From the NCBI GenBank assembly GCA_038496445.1, contig JALMLS010000175.1, forward strand, positions 124,001-188,000: 64,000 nucleotides of DNA. The letters are read 5' to 3'. Below are positions 1 to 15,917 of the stretch, piece by piece. The stretch is from Trichosphaerium sp. ATCC 40318 (lineage: Eukaryota; Protista; Tubulinea). Under the pieces are notes generated by a model that saw nothing but the letters and a program-made list of their open reading frames with translations, was not told the origin of the DNA and did no database searches. Numbering within the stretch: the stretch's first letter is position 1; the number at the start of each line of letters is the position of its first letter. The position numbers were made by a program, and so were the translations under genes.

Positions 1-210
1 CGTCCAACGCTTGTCCACAACACTTTAGGATACTTGTACGCTTTAAAAATCAACAAAGGAGAAAACTTTAGTGCTTTTTTTGTCGAAATTGTTTGACGGT
101 TTGCACGCTTCACATGCGAATAGTTTTTGGTTTGTTTGGTTTTCTTCCAAGTAACTTTCCTTGTTTTTTCTTGTTTCGTACAACAAAGTTCATGGTTAAC
201 TATAATGCAG

Positions 211-408
211 GAGTCATTGTTGAATGTTGGTCAGCCGTTGATAAGAGCTTGGGCTATAGTTTGTTTAATGTCTGGAAGGTCTTCGAAGGCCTTAAAGATA
301 ATTAAGAAGCATGGTAAGAAGGAAAAAGATTCTTTAGTACAGAGTGCTGTTAATGGAGCATCAACAGCATATATTGTACGTGGTGTTTATGTACAGAAAC
401 GCTTTTAA
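211..408 (+). CDS. Probable terminal exon of an unidentified gene that begins upstream
   Basis: Acceptor-like tgcag before an open frame ESLLNVGQPLIRAWAIVCL...VQKRF*, followed by A-rich UTR-like sequence; no recognisable domain. Confidence 0.3.
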   Translation, partial: ESLLNVGQPLIRAWAIVCLMSGRSSKALKIIKKHGKKEKDSLVQSAVNGASTAYIVRGVYVQKRF

Positions 409-726
409 TAGATTAAAAAAAATATGAGAAAATCAAAAAAAAAAGTACAAACAATAAAAAGTGTATTATAGCAATAGAGTGCAGATTAATCTTATGGGCT
501 GTACATATCCATTAAATACTAACTCGTGTATATCTTTCTTTAAAAGTGTTGTATAATGTAATACAAATGTTGCTTCAACGAAGACGTGCAAAAAAAGTCC
601 AACTTTTTCAAGCTTGTTATTTTTTTGTTAACTAAAGTATTTACGCTTGCTATTGAGCGTAGCGCCCAAGTAGAGTTTAACCTAAAGATTGTTTTCAACA
701 AAAAAAGCGCTAGCTTGTGTCACAAT

Positions 727-3700
727 ATGGCCTTCGTCAATTTGTGTTTATTGCTGTTAATTGGCTTTTCATGTTGTTTTTCTCAACGCACGTGTATAAG
801 AGATAAGTTTCCAAGGAGGTACAAATTTGTTTTCTGTTTTTCTGTTATTTTACTTATTATCTAGCGACTGTGGATACATAGGTATAGATGAGAAAGAATG
901 CGAGGACAGAGGTAAACTTCTAGGTGTTTTTCGAAAAAAAACTTTTCGTATTCTTCCAAACTTACATTTCGACTCTTAAAAACGCATCTCGTAGGATGTT
1001 GTTGGCATCCTCTTGATAACCAGCCTTACTGCTTTCACCAGAATGGTTATAATTGCCAAAACTATAAAGTAGCAAGCAAAGAAACGACTTCAAATGGCGC
1101 TGATTTGCTTCTTGAACTCCAAGGTGATGGTTGCCAGCTATATGGTCCAGACGTAAAGCAAATACAAGTTAGTTTGTACCATGAAACAGGCACGTGTTAT
1201 TACATAACTCCACACGAACAGTTAACTCATGAGAACTCGCAGAACACAGAACAAGAATTAAGATTTTTGATCCAAACGAAGAAAGATATGAAATTCCAAA
1301 TGAGGTTTTACCACGTGAGACCATTACAGCTATGCCTAAAAACGTTGATGTGGATGTATCATTTACGGAGAATCCTTTCGGGTTTGCGGTCACTAGAGGT
1401 ACAAAATGCGGTTTTCGTTGCTATTCTCATTTTTTTCAGTTGAAGATGATGTAACTCTTTTTAACTCAACTACAACGCTTGACTTGCCATACTTTAATGG
1501 CTTGATATTTGAGAATCAGTATCTAGAACTTTCTACAATGTTCCCAGAACCAGAGTTTCACATCTACGGACTTGGTAAATACAATAAAACAACAAAAAGA
1601 AAAACGCATTAATGCTCCTTTACAAATAGGTGAAAAAGTGAGACCTTTGGCACTTGATGCACCTCGCACATATACACTATGGAATGTTGATGCTGCTACA
1701 CCAAGAAACCAGGTATAACTGTTTCTAAGCGCATGCTAATTTGGTTAATTTCTAGAACGTTTATGGAAGTCACCCTTTCTATCTTCAAGTGTTAGAATCT
1801 GGAAACGCTCATGGTGTCGTATGTACCCATTTAACATTTAGAATTTAAAGGAAGTTTAGCTATTGCTTAATAGTAATGGTATGGATGTAGATATTAATCC
1901 TAAATACCTAACGTTCAAGGCTATTGGCGGGTACAAAACAAAGAAAAATCCAAGAATGTATTATATCTTATTACCTTTAGTATTCTTGATTTCTATTTCT
2001 TCAGTGGTCCTTCAGCGAAAGACGTTATAGCACAATATCAATCTTTTATTGGATACACCATTATGCCTCCTTACTGGGCTCTTGGTTGGCATCAATGTAA
2101 ATACGGGTGGCCTAATTTAGACGTCATCAAATTCGTCGTTGATAAATACAGAGAAGTTAATCTTCCTTTGGACACAATATGGACAGATATTGAGTAAGTA
2201 CAATCGGCACCAGGTTATGCAGCCCTCTAAACTTTCATTTAGTTACATGCTGGACTACAAGGATTTTACTTGGGATCCAGTAAACTTTCCTGAAGCACAA
2301 GTCGCTGTAAGAACTTTAACTCCCAATCCCTTTGTAGAATCCGAGTGCTAATGTAGTATAGGACTATATAAAAGTACTACATGCACAGAATCAAAGGTAT
2401 ATCGTTATTGTTGATCCTGGCATTAAAGTTGAGAGTGGATATGGCCCATACGAAAGAGGACTACAGCAGGGTACTAACCAACCAACAAAAAAGCTGTTTA
2501 ATTATTTTAGATATTTTCATCAAAGATGCTCAAGGAGCTCCTTTTGTTGGTGAAGTATGGCCAGGAAAGGTATGAGATCGGATTAAATAACTCTTAAATA
2601 ACTGAATACGATTGGCTAGACTACTTTTCCAGCTTTTCTTGACCCACGTGCTGCATCTTATTGGAAAGACGAAATACAACGCTGGTGGGAAAAAACACCT
2701 GTTGATGGCATCTGGATAGACATGAACGAGATTGCAAATTTTTGTGATGGAGCATGTGAAGATACGACTGACAAAAATGTAAACAGAAGGTACAAAGAAA
2801 ACCAAACACAAAAACCGCAACTTAACTTTGTGTTTAATTAAGTGACAATCAGCAAAAGAAGTCAGCAGTTAATTTTGATCCAAACAACCCTCCGTATAAA
2901 ATTAACAACTTCAATGATCGCGCTCCACTCAATACCAAAACTGTGTCACCTGATGCAACTCAAGAATACAGTACGTCAGCAAAAACAAAGAAAAACTCGT
3001 CTAACACCTTGGTGTTTTTTTTAGATGGCAAAAAGTACTTGGAGTATGATATTCATAACCTCTACGGATTGACTGAAAGCATCGTAACTAATGACGTTAT
3101 GCTCTCTTTAACAAACAAGAGAACTTTCATATTAAGTAGGTCTACTTTCCCAGGTGTAGGTCATCACGCAGGACATTGGCTAGGTGATAACTTTGCAACG
3201 GTACAAAATAAAAAAAATAATTCACGTGGACATCTTAGTCATAAATTATTAGTGGGAAGACTTGTATCTATCTATTCCTGGAACATTAAACTTTCAGTTT
3301 TTTGGTGTTCCTTATGTAGGCGCTGATATTTGTGGGTTTATTTATGATTCTACAGAAGAGCTTTGTGCTCGATGGATGCAGTTGGGTAGTTTCTATCCTT
3401 TTGCTAGAAATCACGGCGCTATAAATACTTCACCACAAGAACCATATATTTGGCCTCTGGTCACAGAGACATCAAGAACATACTTGGAACTTAGATGTAC
3501 GAAATAGTCAACAAGAAAAATATAAGAATTGTCTTTTTTGACTTTTTATATCATAGATGCCATGCTTCCGTACTATTACACCTTGTTCTGGAAATCGCAT
3601 ACTGAGGTAATGCTGTTTGTTTTTATATGCACTGATATTGGATTAAGGGTGGTGTTGTTTGGGAACCACTATTTTTCGAGTTTCCTCAAGATGCCACAAC

Positions 3701-4595
3701 CTTTGATATTGATAGACAATTTCTGCTTGGTCCTGCTGTTCTTGTCACACCTGTACTCACACAAGGTAGAGATAATTTCTAACCCGTGCTTTTCAACAAG
3801 TAACTTTACTTAAGGCGCTTCAACTGTAAGAGGGTACTTTCCATCTGCAACGTGGTATGACTTTTTCACGCTTGACAAAATCAATGGTCCAGGATATAGA
3901 ACACTTGATGCACCTATACTCCATATGCCTGTTCACGTGCGTCTCATAATAATATGAGTTTATACGTCTCTTATTATAAATAGGTTCGTGCTGGTTACAT
4001 TATACCTATGTCTCTTTATCCGAAGTTGACAACAGAAGAGACAAGAATGACTCCATTCAAATTCCTTGCTATCTTGGATGAACAGGTTTTGAAAACAGAT
4101 TTTGGGTTTGTCTAATGTATTGCAAAGGGAAAAGCGGAAGGTGAGTTATTCTGGGATGACGGTACAAGCATACATCCAAACGGAGGCGGGGAGATTATCT
4201 TCATACAACTCTCAGTGGAAACTACAAGTACCTTCTTTTACTGTTTAGTGTTTTCCACCGACATTTATTAGATTCAAACGGATCTTTCCGTACATCTGGT
4301 ACCTTTGACTACAGTGCTCCTCAAATCATTGGTAAGTAGTGTAAAATAATGTAAGCTTACATATTTGGTAGGACAAGTAGTAGTAATAGGTATTGTGAGG
4401 CCACCTGTATCTGCATCTGCAAACGGACAATCATGTGAGTATTTATGCTGTTTTTCCAACACTTTGATTGACTTCATTGTAGTACAACCTAGCGACATTG
4501 AATACGACCCTAAAACTACAAAAGCTACTTTCAACCTGGAATCTTTGAATATTAGTGTCGCATCACCTCTAGCTGTCCTTTGGCAAATAGGATGA
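727..4595 (+). CDS. Secreted/lysosomal GH31 alpha-glucosidase with N-terminal trefoil (P-type) domain; multi-exon
   Basis: Signal peptide [17 protein letters not shown]; trefoil [23 protein letters not shown]; YGSHPFYL; [15 protein letters not shown]; catalytic DGIWIDMNE (about 2704-2730); HNLYG; [16 protein letters not shown]; GADICGF...[19 protein letters not shown]. Confidence 0.95.
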
Positions 4596-5162
4596 GCACA
4601 ATGCATAAATAACATGAAGCTTTTCTCGACTTACTTCCCACGTGCGTTTTATTTGAGTTATTACTAGTATTTCAGCGTTCGGGCTTGTCCTCACTATAAA
4701 TTGTATTGATTTCTTGTGGTATATATAGGAACAAGAGGGCCTTAGAGTCCAATCCTTTACCTGTTTTTGTACAATTCCATATTCAAATGCGTCCAGCAGT
4801 TTTTTTTGTTATTAGGGTTAGCAACTTAGATAATTCACAAATATGCAGATTTTAGATAGCAGATTTTTCTGTACCTTATTTGACAATGGGTTTCGTCTAG
4901 TTTAGGACCCAGCACCCTACACGCACGACAAAGGTAGCTCTAATTGTTTAAGTCATTTTCATTTTCCAGCTAGTGTAAACCAGCTACGAAGAATTGTACA
5001 TACGGTACCAAAAAAATGAAGAAAAAAAAGGATTTTTGTCTGCACTTGAATTTCAATATGGGAATACATAGGCAAAGTCATTCAGCGCACCAAACCCCTT
5101 TTCAGGATGATGCGAATACAATAGATCGCCACCTACACACTACAAAGAATACATGGCTTCTT

Positions 5163-5189
5163 AAGTCACGTGCTTGCTACACGTGACTT
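5163..5189. promoter_or_regulatory. Perfect 10-bp inverted repeat of two G-box/E-box sites upstream of the F-box-LRR gene
   Basis: aagtcacgtg-cttgcta-cacgtgactt; also the 12-bp palindrome acgcaattgcgt at 5264-5275. A regulatory role is inferred only. Confidence 0.4.
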
Positions 5190-5310
5190 CGTATGAAAAC
5201 AAAACTGAACCACCGTTTCTAATCAGCACAAACATCAACTCCGATACTCATTAACGTGTGATTACGCAATTGCGTCAAACACTTCCTCACCTTGCGCTAG
5301 TGTTGTAGAA

Positions 5311-6291
5311 ATGCAATGCACGCTACTAGACCTCCCACCCGAGATGCTATGCCTTATATTCAATCGCTTGAACCTAACTCGGTTTTCGGTCGCGCAAACA
5401 TGCCAACACTTAGCGCATATTATACACACCTACCTTGGGTACAAACGGGCGTATATTAGAACACCTGCGCACGTCAAGCGTATAAGTAAATTTCAAGGGA
5501 TTCTGAAAAGAACGCACGTGTTCTACCATCGAAGAGACATTCACGACGTCGTTTCGCTTATGTCAGGTGTAAGAACTATAGACTTAAAACATGCTCAAGT
5601 AACTGATGAAGGTATAAAAGCGCTGGCAGGTGTTCACACTATAGATTTGCGTTATACGCCTATTACAGATGAAGGTTTAAAGGCGTTAGCAGGTGTACAT
5701 TCGATTAATATTCAAGGATGCAAGGTGACAGACGAAGGTATTGCACCGTTAGCTGGCGTTCACACCATTTGCATTGGGTTCACTGGAGTCACTGATAAAG
5801 GTGTTAAAGCACTAAAAGGAGTTCACTCAATCAACTTGAGAAATACTCTTGTAACAAATGAAGGAATTAAAGCGCTTGCAGGAACACATACAATCAATTT
5901 ACGAGACAATAGTGCAATAACAGATGATGGTGTGCTAGCATTGAAAGGTGTTCATCGTATCAACTTGAGCGGATGTAATATCACAGGGAAATGTCTTGAT
6001 GCACTTACTGGGGTACATACAATTAATCTAAAATGGTGTGGTTCCATAACAGACAAAGATATTAAAGCGTTAGCAGGTGCACATAATGTTAATTTATACG
6101 GATGCTTTCAGGTATCCGATATTGGTGTCAAGTACCTTATTGGTGTCCATACAATAGATCTAGGTCTGACTGGAGTAACTAATGAAGGAGTGAAAGCACT
6201 CATAGGAACACACACATTGAAAGTAGCATTTACTGAAGTGACAGACGAGTGTATCAACACTTTGAAAGTACAAATTGTGTCTACCAATTAA
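5311..6291 (+). CDS. Intronless F-box plus 22-aa leucine-rich-repeat protein
   Basis: N-terminal LLDLPPEMLCLIFNRL (F-box), then about 10 repeats of GVHTIDLxxTxITDEGxKALA; 326-aa uninterrupted ORF. Confidence 0.9.
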   Translation: MQCTLLDLPPEMLCLIFNRLNLTRFSVAQTCQHLAHIIHTYLGYKRAYIRTPAHVKRISKFQGILKRTHVFYHRRDIHDVVSLMSGVRTIDLKHAQVTDEGIKALAGVHTIDLRYTPITDEGLKALAGVHSINIQGCKVTDEGIAPLAGVHTICIGFTGVTDKGVKALKGVHSINLRNTLVTNEGIKALAGTHTINLRDNSAITDDGVLALKGVHRINLSGCNITGKCLDALTGVHTINLKWCGSITDKDIKALAGAHNVNLYGCFQVSDIGVKYLIGVHTIDLGLTGVTNEGVKALIGTHTLKVAFTEVTDECINTLKVQIVSTN

Positions 6292-6877
6292 TAAGTCCTA
6301 GAGGCATTGAGAAGTGTACCACATGTAAAAAATACCATACTTGTATCATTTTGACAACAAGAATATTGTAATTATTGTCTGAGCAGAAGCTATTTTGGTA
6401 GGCACGGATCTTGTCTATGTTACCAAAGTATGTGAAACCCAAAGCACTAAAGGTGGATTAGCAATAGGTCCATCAATTGGTTGGATGGGGCTGAGTCGCT
6501 AAAAAACATGTCAAGCTAATTCAAATAAATTTCGGCTTTAGTCAAAAACCAGTTTGATTTGAAGATGCAAACTCAGCTTTTTCGTACTATGTTGGGGCGC
6601 TGGTTGGTAAAACAGTATGGGAGGCTACTCCTTGGGGCTATTTAGAGCTCTTTGATCTTCCTTACGTTGGATTCTGCAGTGCCTTTGGTTTATCCGTTGG
6701 CGTCACTATAACGGTAATAACAGCACAAGCTGTATTCATACAACTCATCACCAGGCAATACAACTGCTATGATAACTTCGCTAGTTGGCAGATGCACGCG
6801 AAAATTCAAATGAACTCGAGATTAGTCCAACTAAAGTCAAGACGTCAGAACTCGAAAAGTAACGTTAAAACGCGAGA

Positions 6878-8848
6878 ATGGGTAACAAATTACCAGAGAG
6901 AGCTAGACATTCAATAAAAGCTGTTAAAAAAGACGGCCATACTGAATTAAATCTAAAAGATTGCGAACTGTCACAAGTGCCTTCTAAATTGAAGAAATTC
7001 GCCCAAATACAAGTATTAAATCTATCTCAGAACCATATTGGATGGATTCCGCCATTCATAAAGAATTTGGGCCAGTTGCGAGAACTATTACTAGAAGGTA
7101 ATGAATTGACGTCCATACCCGAAGAATTATACAAGTACGCCCTTCACAAAAGTATTGCGTTTTTTTAAATACCGCCAAGGTTAAAGTTCCTAAAAGTCCT
7201 CGATTTATCAGGCAACGACATCCCAATAGTACGTCATACTTCTAAATTGCGATTTAATTAAACTTTACCAAAAAAAGCATTAACATTTTTTGTAAACCAA
7301 TAATTAGCGCAATAACAGCGCGATACGCATCAAACTCATACGGAAACTAGATCCCACAAGGCATTGGCGGCCTTGCAAGCCTCGAGAGTTTTAACATCTC
7401 CTACACTTTGATCACTAAACTATCAGACGAATACATACACATGAAGACGCTTAAAAAATTATACATGCGTAATGTAAGGATGAAGTCTATACCATCTCAA
7501 ATATTAAAAATGAATCAATTAGAAGAGCTAGATATCTCTGGTGAGTCATTTGATTTGTAAATCACAGCTTCGGAGCAATGACATATTCACTCTCTTTTTT
7601 TTTAGCAAATCCCTTGGGAAGCATCCCAGACGAGATTGGAGAGCTTGTGAACTTGAAATTGATAGGATTGGGTGAATGTAGCTTAGAAGGTTGTCCAGAC
7701 ATTGTCACGTTGTTAACTAATTTAACGGATCTTGGAATTTACGGCAACAACCTTGGTACGCTAACGAAAAAAAGAAAAAAAAAATTGGCTCATTAAATTT
7801 ATCACTGTCTTCTACGCAACGTGATTTATTTTATAATAAGGTGATATGACTGCGTTCCCTATTGGTGTCCTCTCAAAACTTGTCACGCTCAATATGTCTA
7901 ACGCTAACCTAACGTACGCAAATACTTTTTTTTGTATTTCCCTTAATAGTTTTCGCAAATTAGACATGTACCACGCCAAATTGGTAAATGTCCCAGCTTG
8001 AAAATTCTAGATGTGAGCGAGAACAGACTAAGACGCCTCCCACGCGAAATTGGACATGTTGGTGATAGCCTAAGGTAATTGTTTAAAGAACTTTCGGAGT
8101 TTTATTGTAATTAAATGTAAAACTCATTTTTTGTGCTTAAATACTTACCTTCTGAGATAGAAAATTACTCCTCAATAGTAATCAAATAGACGAACTTCCA
8201 GGCGAGTTATCACTTTTAGACCCTTCTCTAAAGCTTGATTTGGGTGGCAATAATTTGCGTGTAAGTTTGTTTTAGAAAGTAATTGACAAGGATTTATTCA
8301 TAACTTGTTTAGGAACCCTACAAGACGTGGTTCAATCGTGGTGTTCCTTCACTATTCGAAGAGCTCCTACCTAAATGCCATGGTACGCTGAAAACAAATC
8401 TTTACATTCGAATGTTATTGCTAATTAGTTACCCTTTCATACAGCCTACGGTCCAAACTGTGATGTTGATGGACTAGCCGCGTACAACTCAGACGCGAAG
8501 CAACCAAGCGAATTTAAAATCTTAGCAAAAGATTACAAGGTAATAGATTGTTAATTAATTTCTTGGCTTTCTTAATGCGTTAATAGGGAAGAAAGAGAGT
8601 GACAGGTGGTGATGAGTTTGAAGTAGCTATAATCCCAATGCTTGACGATAATAATGTACTACAAGTAAAAGCAGTTGTAAAAGATCAAAGAGACGGATCA
8701 TACGTGCGTTATAGTTGTTTTGCAAGTCCTACTTATAATTTTCTAGTCTGTCTTCTACAACGCCCCAAAAAGTGGTGTATACAATGTACAGTGCTCCACA
8801 GAAGGCGAACCGGTTAAAGGAAGCCCTTGGAAGTTGACAGTAGCATAA
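6878..8848 (+). CDS. LRR protein with C-terminal filamin-type Ig repeat; possible N-myristoylation; multi-exon
   Basis: MGNKL start; LRR units (LQVLNLSQNHI-like, LRELLLEGNELTSIPEEL, LKILDVSENRL); C-terminal GGDEFEV...VKDQRDGSY.VFY..PKSGVYNV....GEPVKGSPWKLTV* matches the filamin repeat consensus. Confidence 0.85.
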
Positions 8849-9696
8849 GGAGGTGGATTTTGACAAACTCCATGTGTCAACTTGAAACTTGCGAAAACGC
8901 AAATAAGAAACGCTTGCTAGTTGACGTGACGCGGATACTTGTACAAATAAATAATTTACGAGCGAACGTTCCTTTAGACGCTTTGGGTTAAAAGTTATTG
9001 AAATAGTAAGTTTGGTAACACAAATTAGGACACAAGTAACGGATCAACCATGGAGCACAGTAATGGCCTGAGATAACCTCAATACGTTGATTGGCCAATC
9101 CGTTTAATTGCCATTGTAAGTCTTTCTGGTGCCTTTTCTGTATCCAGTTGAGTAAAAATAAACTAGTTGTAACATTAAACTAGCGGCTGCGTACGTTTTT
9201 GAAATTAACGGGTTTGACACAGATAACAGTTTAACTGCAAAGCGACTTGCCATACAGCGCTTATGAACACAGCGTTGAAAAACGGGTTCTTTTCCCGTTG
9301 TTGGTAGAACGTGACACTAACTTTTGCCAAATACAGTTTCAACTTACCACAACGCCCTCAAACATATCTGGTTTTCTGTGGCACATTTATGGTGAGTTGT
9401 ACCAAGTACGCATGATTTTAAGAAACTACTCAGCACTATCGCAAAGAAAACGCATTGAGCTTGCCACTAGAATTCTTAACAAGGTTTTGGCTATCAAACG
9501 GGTTCAACAAACAAGTTTTTATGTTGTTCGTTCCAGCGTATCAAATTGACCCCAAGCGCGTTTGTGCCTTTGTAAACGGCGCACCGGCACAGTTTTTAGT
9601 GGGCAAACTCAGGTTAAGGCACCACGAAAAAGCAAACAAAATTCATACCAAACTCATCAACAACAGCTCACGCAAAAAAACAACAAATACTCAATC

Positions 9697-10211
9697 ATGG
9701 ATTACCACTACACAACCCCTTTGGCCTCCGAGAACCCAAAAACAACCTTTAGATCACGAAATTACTCCGACGAAGAAGTAAAACAAGGTTACCGAGCCAT
9801 CTACGAGATCGAACCAGAGACCCCTTACAACACGACGAGCGACCTTATTGGCTATCACACAACCACCGGGTATAACGAAAGCAGTTTTTATGACGGTTTT
9901 ACGTTCAATTATGGCTCAAATCAAGCTCTAGTTAGCAATTCTTTCTTGCAGAAACCAGCATCGCCTATGATATTCTAGATCGTTGCGAAAGACATGTATC
10001 AGGTGTGCTTTTTCTTACGAGGTCCCTAACTTTTGTAATCTACTCTACCCTCAGATTTGCCACCCTACAACTTAGAACAGCCGCTTGCGCTCGCGAGAAC
10101 ACCATCCCTTGTAGATATTTGGAAGCTTTCGCGGTACCGCCTTCGTTGCTTTCGCTTTGCTTTTAAGACATGTGCTTACCTCGTTTTTTTTCCAACGAAC
10201 ACAGGTTCTAG
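9697..10211 (+). CDS. Hypothetical protein, about 4 exons
   Basis: ATG at 9697 (MDYHYTTPLASENP...); GT-AG introns near 9896-9951, 10003-10054 and 10134-10204 keep the frame; no recognisable domain. Confidence 0.45.
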
Positions 10212-10746
10212 CGCGTGTCGCCATAGCATGGCACCCACTGTAGACTACTGTACATAAATAATACGCTTGAACTCAATCAACTCTTTTTTTTATTTTCCCT
10301 TTCTTCCCTTGACCTTTAAACACGGCTCAACTAACCTTTCTGCTCTAGCTTGCGCTTCTTTCGGACTTGTGGTGTTGCGAAATTCTGCCTAGTACAGTTT
10401 TCCCGTTTTGTCTTATTATTCTTCCTGTTTGTCCATTTTTTTTTTTCTATTCCTTACCTGTTGTAAACTCCTCACAACTTGTCTTTAGCCTGTTAAAACA
10501 ACACCACCCGAAACCGTGCTAATTGTCTACGTGTGCATTGCGCTTTGTTTACCCCTTTACGAAGCGTGGATGGTATATAGACGCCTTAGTTATGGCTCCA
10601 GTGATTATGTGGTACCAGCCAACGTATTTGGCTTGATTTTTATAGCCATTCGCTTTGCCCTGGTTGGCAGACGCTAGTTACCGCGACGTTTTGCTGGGTT
10701 ATATGTACATTTTATTTTACTATTTGGTGTTTGATTGACGAAGGAT

Positions 10747-13740
<2,994 letters not shown>

Positions 13741-13865
13741 GGGTTTGTAAATATAATACTTGTTGCGTAGGAGCTGATCTAAAGTGGATTCTACAAGTCA
13801 ATATAGTTCAAACTTCAAAACTGAGAATATTAAGTTTAGCACGCTCGTAGGGTTTGTGCGGTTCA

Positions 13866-15698
13866 ATGTATCGGTTATGTACGCGAGCGCGTTTCAGGAA
13901 GGCTCGTATACGTCCAAATGTAAAAAAACGCTTCGCTATACACTGTACGTATGTATTTTAACTAAATACACATTATATCTTCCCATAAAGTTTGACATAA
14001 AAACATTTAGCGCCAGAGGGCGGCATACGACATGAGATATCAGCAATTGCGCGTATAGTTGGTGTTGGATTGGTTTTAATGGGATTTTTTGAAGGCATGA
14101 ATCAATTATTTGGTACAAAGCTAAAGGTGGATCACGACTTTTATGTGGACGCTCTTCGATATGATAAAGAGCGTAGAGCACTTCTAGGCGAAAGTGTTTA
14201 TCCTCATGTCGCAGAATTACAAAACGAAGAAAACAATACAAAAATCTTCCTTGTTGGCGCAAGCCAAGGGTTTGATCCTGAGAATCGAATCGGTGATTTA
14301 ATAGAGAGTATAAACCCTGACACTGTACTGGTTAGTGATGCATAGCATTTTTATACTTATATCTTTTGATGATGTAGTTGACTTTGTTCTGTTTAGTTGC
14401 AGTTGCCTGGACAGCGTCGTATGATGCTTGAGCAACAAAGTAAGAAGAACATGCCTATACCTGAATTCCGAGATAATGCAGAGAATTTTGGTATTGAGAG
14501 ACCAAAGGAACTTGATGACTTTGATATTAGAGATTACATACCATCAATATTTGGATTAAACAAAGTTTATTTGGAGGTAAATGATCAGTTTTTGTATTTG
14601 CACTCTTCTCGCTCATAAGACATAACAGGGTATCGAGGTGCAAAGAAAACGCATTGTAAATATTCGACGTGTTCTTAGTACTAAGCTTACTGATTTGGTT
14701 GATCCTTACAAGGCTGCTAAGAAGTCAGGGGCTTCTATTGAATTCCACGATCGTTATACGTGGTTGTTGGTGAGTCTCCAAAATTAATATAGCCTTAAAT
14801 ACACGAACCAAACTAACACGTGTTGCAGTGGACTGATTGGAAAAGTTTTTATGGTCTTTTAAGAGATACAATACATGGTCTTGGAGATGCGATTATTTGC
14901 ACCAACAAAAATACGTCCGTAGCAGTTGTGAATTCACACCACGTGATTTCTTTTTATTTTCTGTTGAATTTTATTTTAATTGTTTGATACAGACATCCTG
15001 AACTTATGGAGCTCGTCAAGGAGTATGCAACAATGGAAAGCGATATACTTGTACGTAATGACAAAACCTTCAACATTTTGATTCCTTTTGTTCTTCATAA
15101 AATTAAGCTCTTTGCAACGTACTTAGTTCAAGGTTGATGAATTGATAAGCCATTGTAGTCTTATGACATTTTCTTTAGGAGTCATCAATTTACACAGCTG
15201 GAGGTTTGCAATTTCTTTCAAAATCGTATGTCCTCAGCTTCTTTTTTCCACGTGCGATGAGAGATACTATACATTGCCGTGATACATCATTTGTACAAAA
15301 ATTAAAAGAATACAACGGTAAGAAAGTGGTAGCTGTTGTTGGCTTAGGTCATTTTCATGGTACGAAGTGTTGGTTAAATCTACAAAAGGAGTTGGCACTA
15401 AATGTATTTAGGGATTCGCTACCAATGGTCCAAAATTTTCCCAAGTGAGGATGGACAGAGAATAGATACTCCAGAAGTTATAAGTGATAATGTAGACGAA
15501 TTAGTATTAAACTCAGAGGATGTAAGTGTTGATGATATTGGGCAAGATATCGAAGAGAATAGCGTCAACGAAGAAGAGTCTGTACCGGAATTAAACGGTA
15601 TAGGCATTGAAGAAAAGGTTTTAGATGTTGGACACACTGTGCTGGAAACCGAAGATGAAGTTCAACAGCGAGAGGCAGATATTGTAGTAGTAGAATAA
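13866..15698 (+). CDS. TraB/TRABD-domain protein with probable mitochondrial presequence
   Basis: Arg-rich, acid-free N-terminus MYRLCTRARFRKARIRP; KIFLVGA...LIESINPDTVL; C-terminal RD..FVQKL....GKKVVAVVGLGHFHGI typical of TraB; acidic tail. Confidence 0.75.
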
Positions 15699-15917
15699 AT
15701 ATCAATTTTTTTTGGACCAAAAAAAGCCACCTAACCTGTACCAAGCTTACGAACTGACTGCGAGAGGTACGGTTGGGAAACAATAGCCTAATGATTGGTG
15801 GATCGCTTTTATTACACTTTTTAACGAAGACTCACACAGCAAACCGTCTTTTGAACTAGATTGCCTTTGACCATAAAACGATAGTTTGTTCATTTAAATA
15901 AGCTTGTATAACCGTAA

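Noticed and set aside
9050-9560. Possible gene around ORFs 9247-9549 and 9455-9781
   Set aside because: I could not build a consistent start and splice model or recognise a domain, so it is left unannotated.
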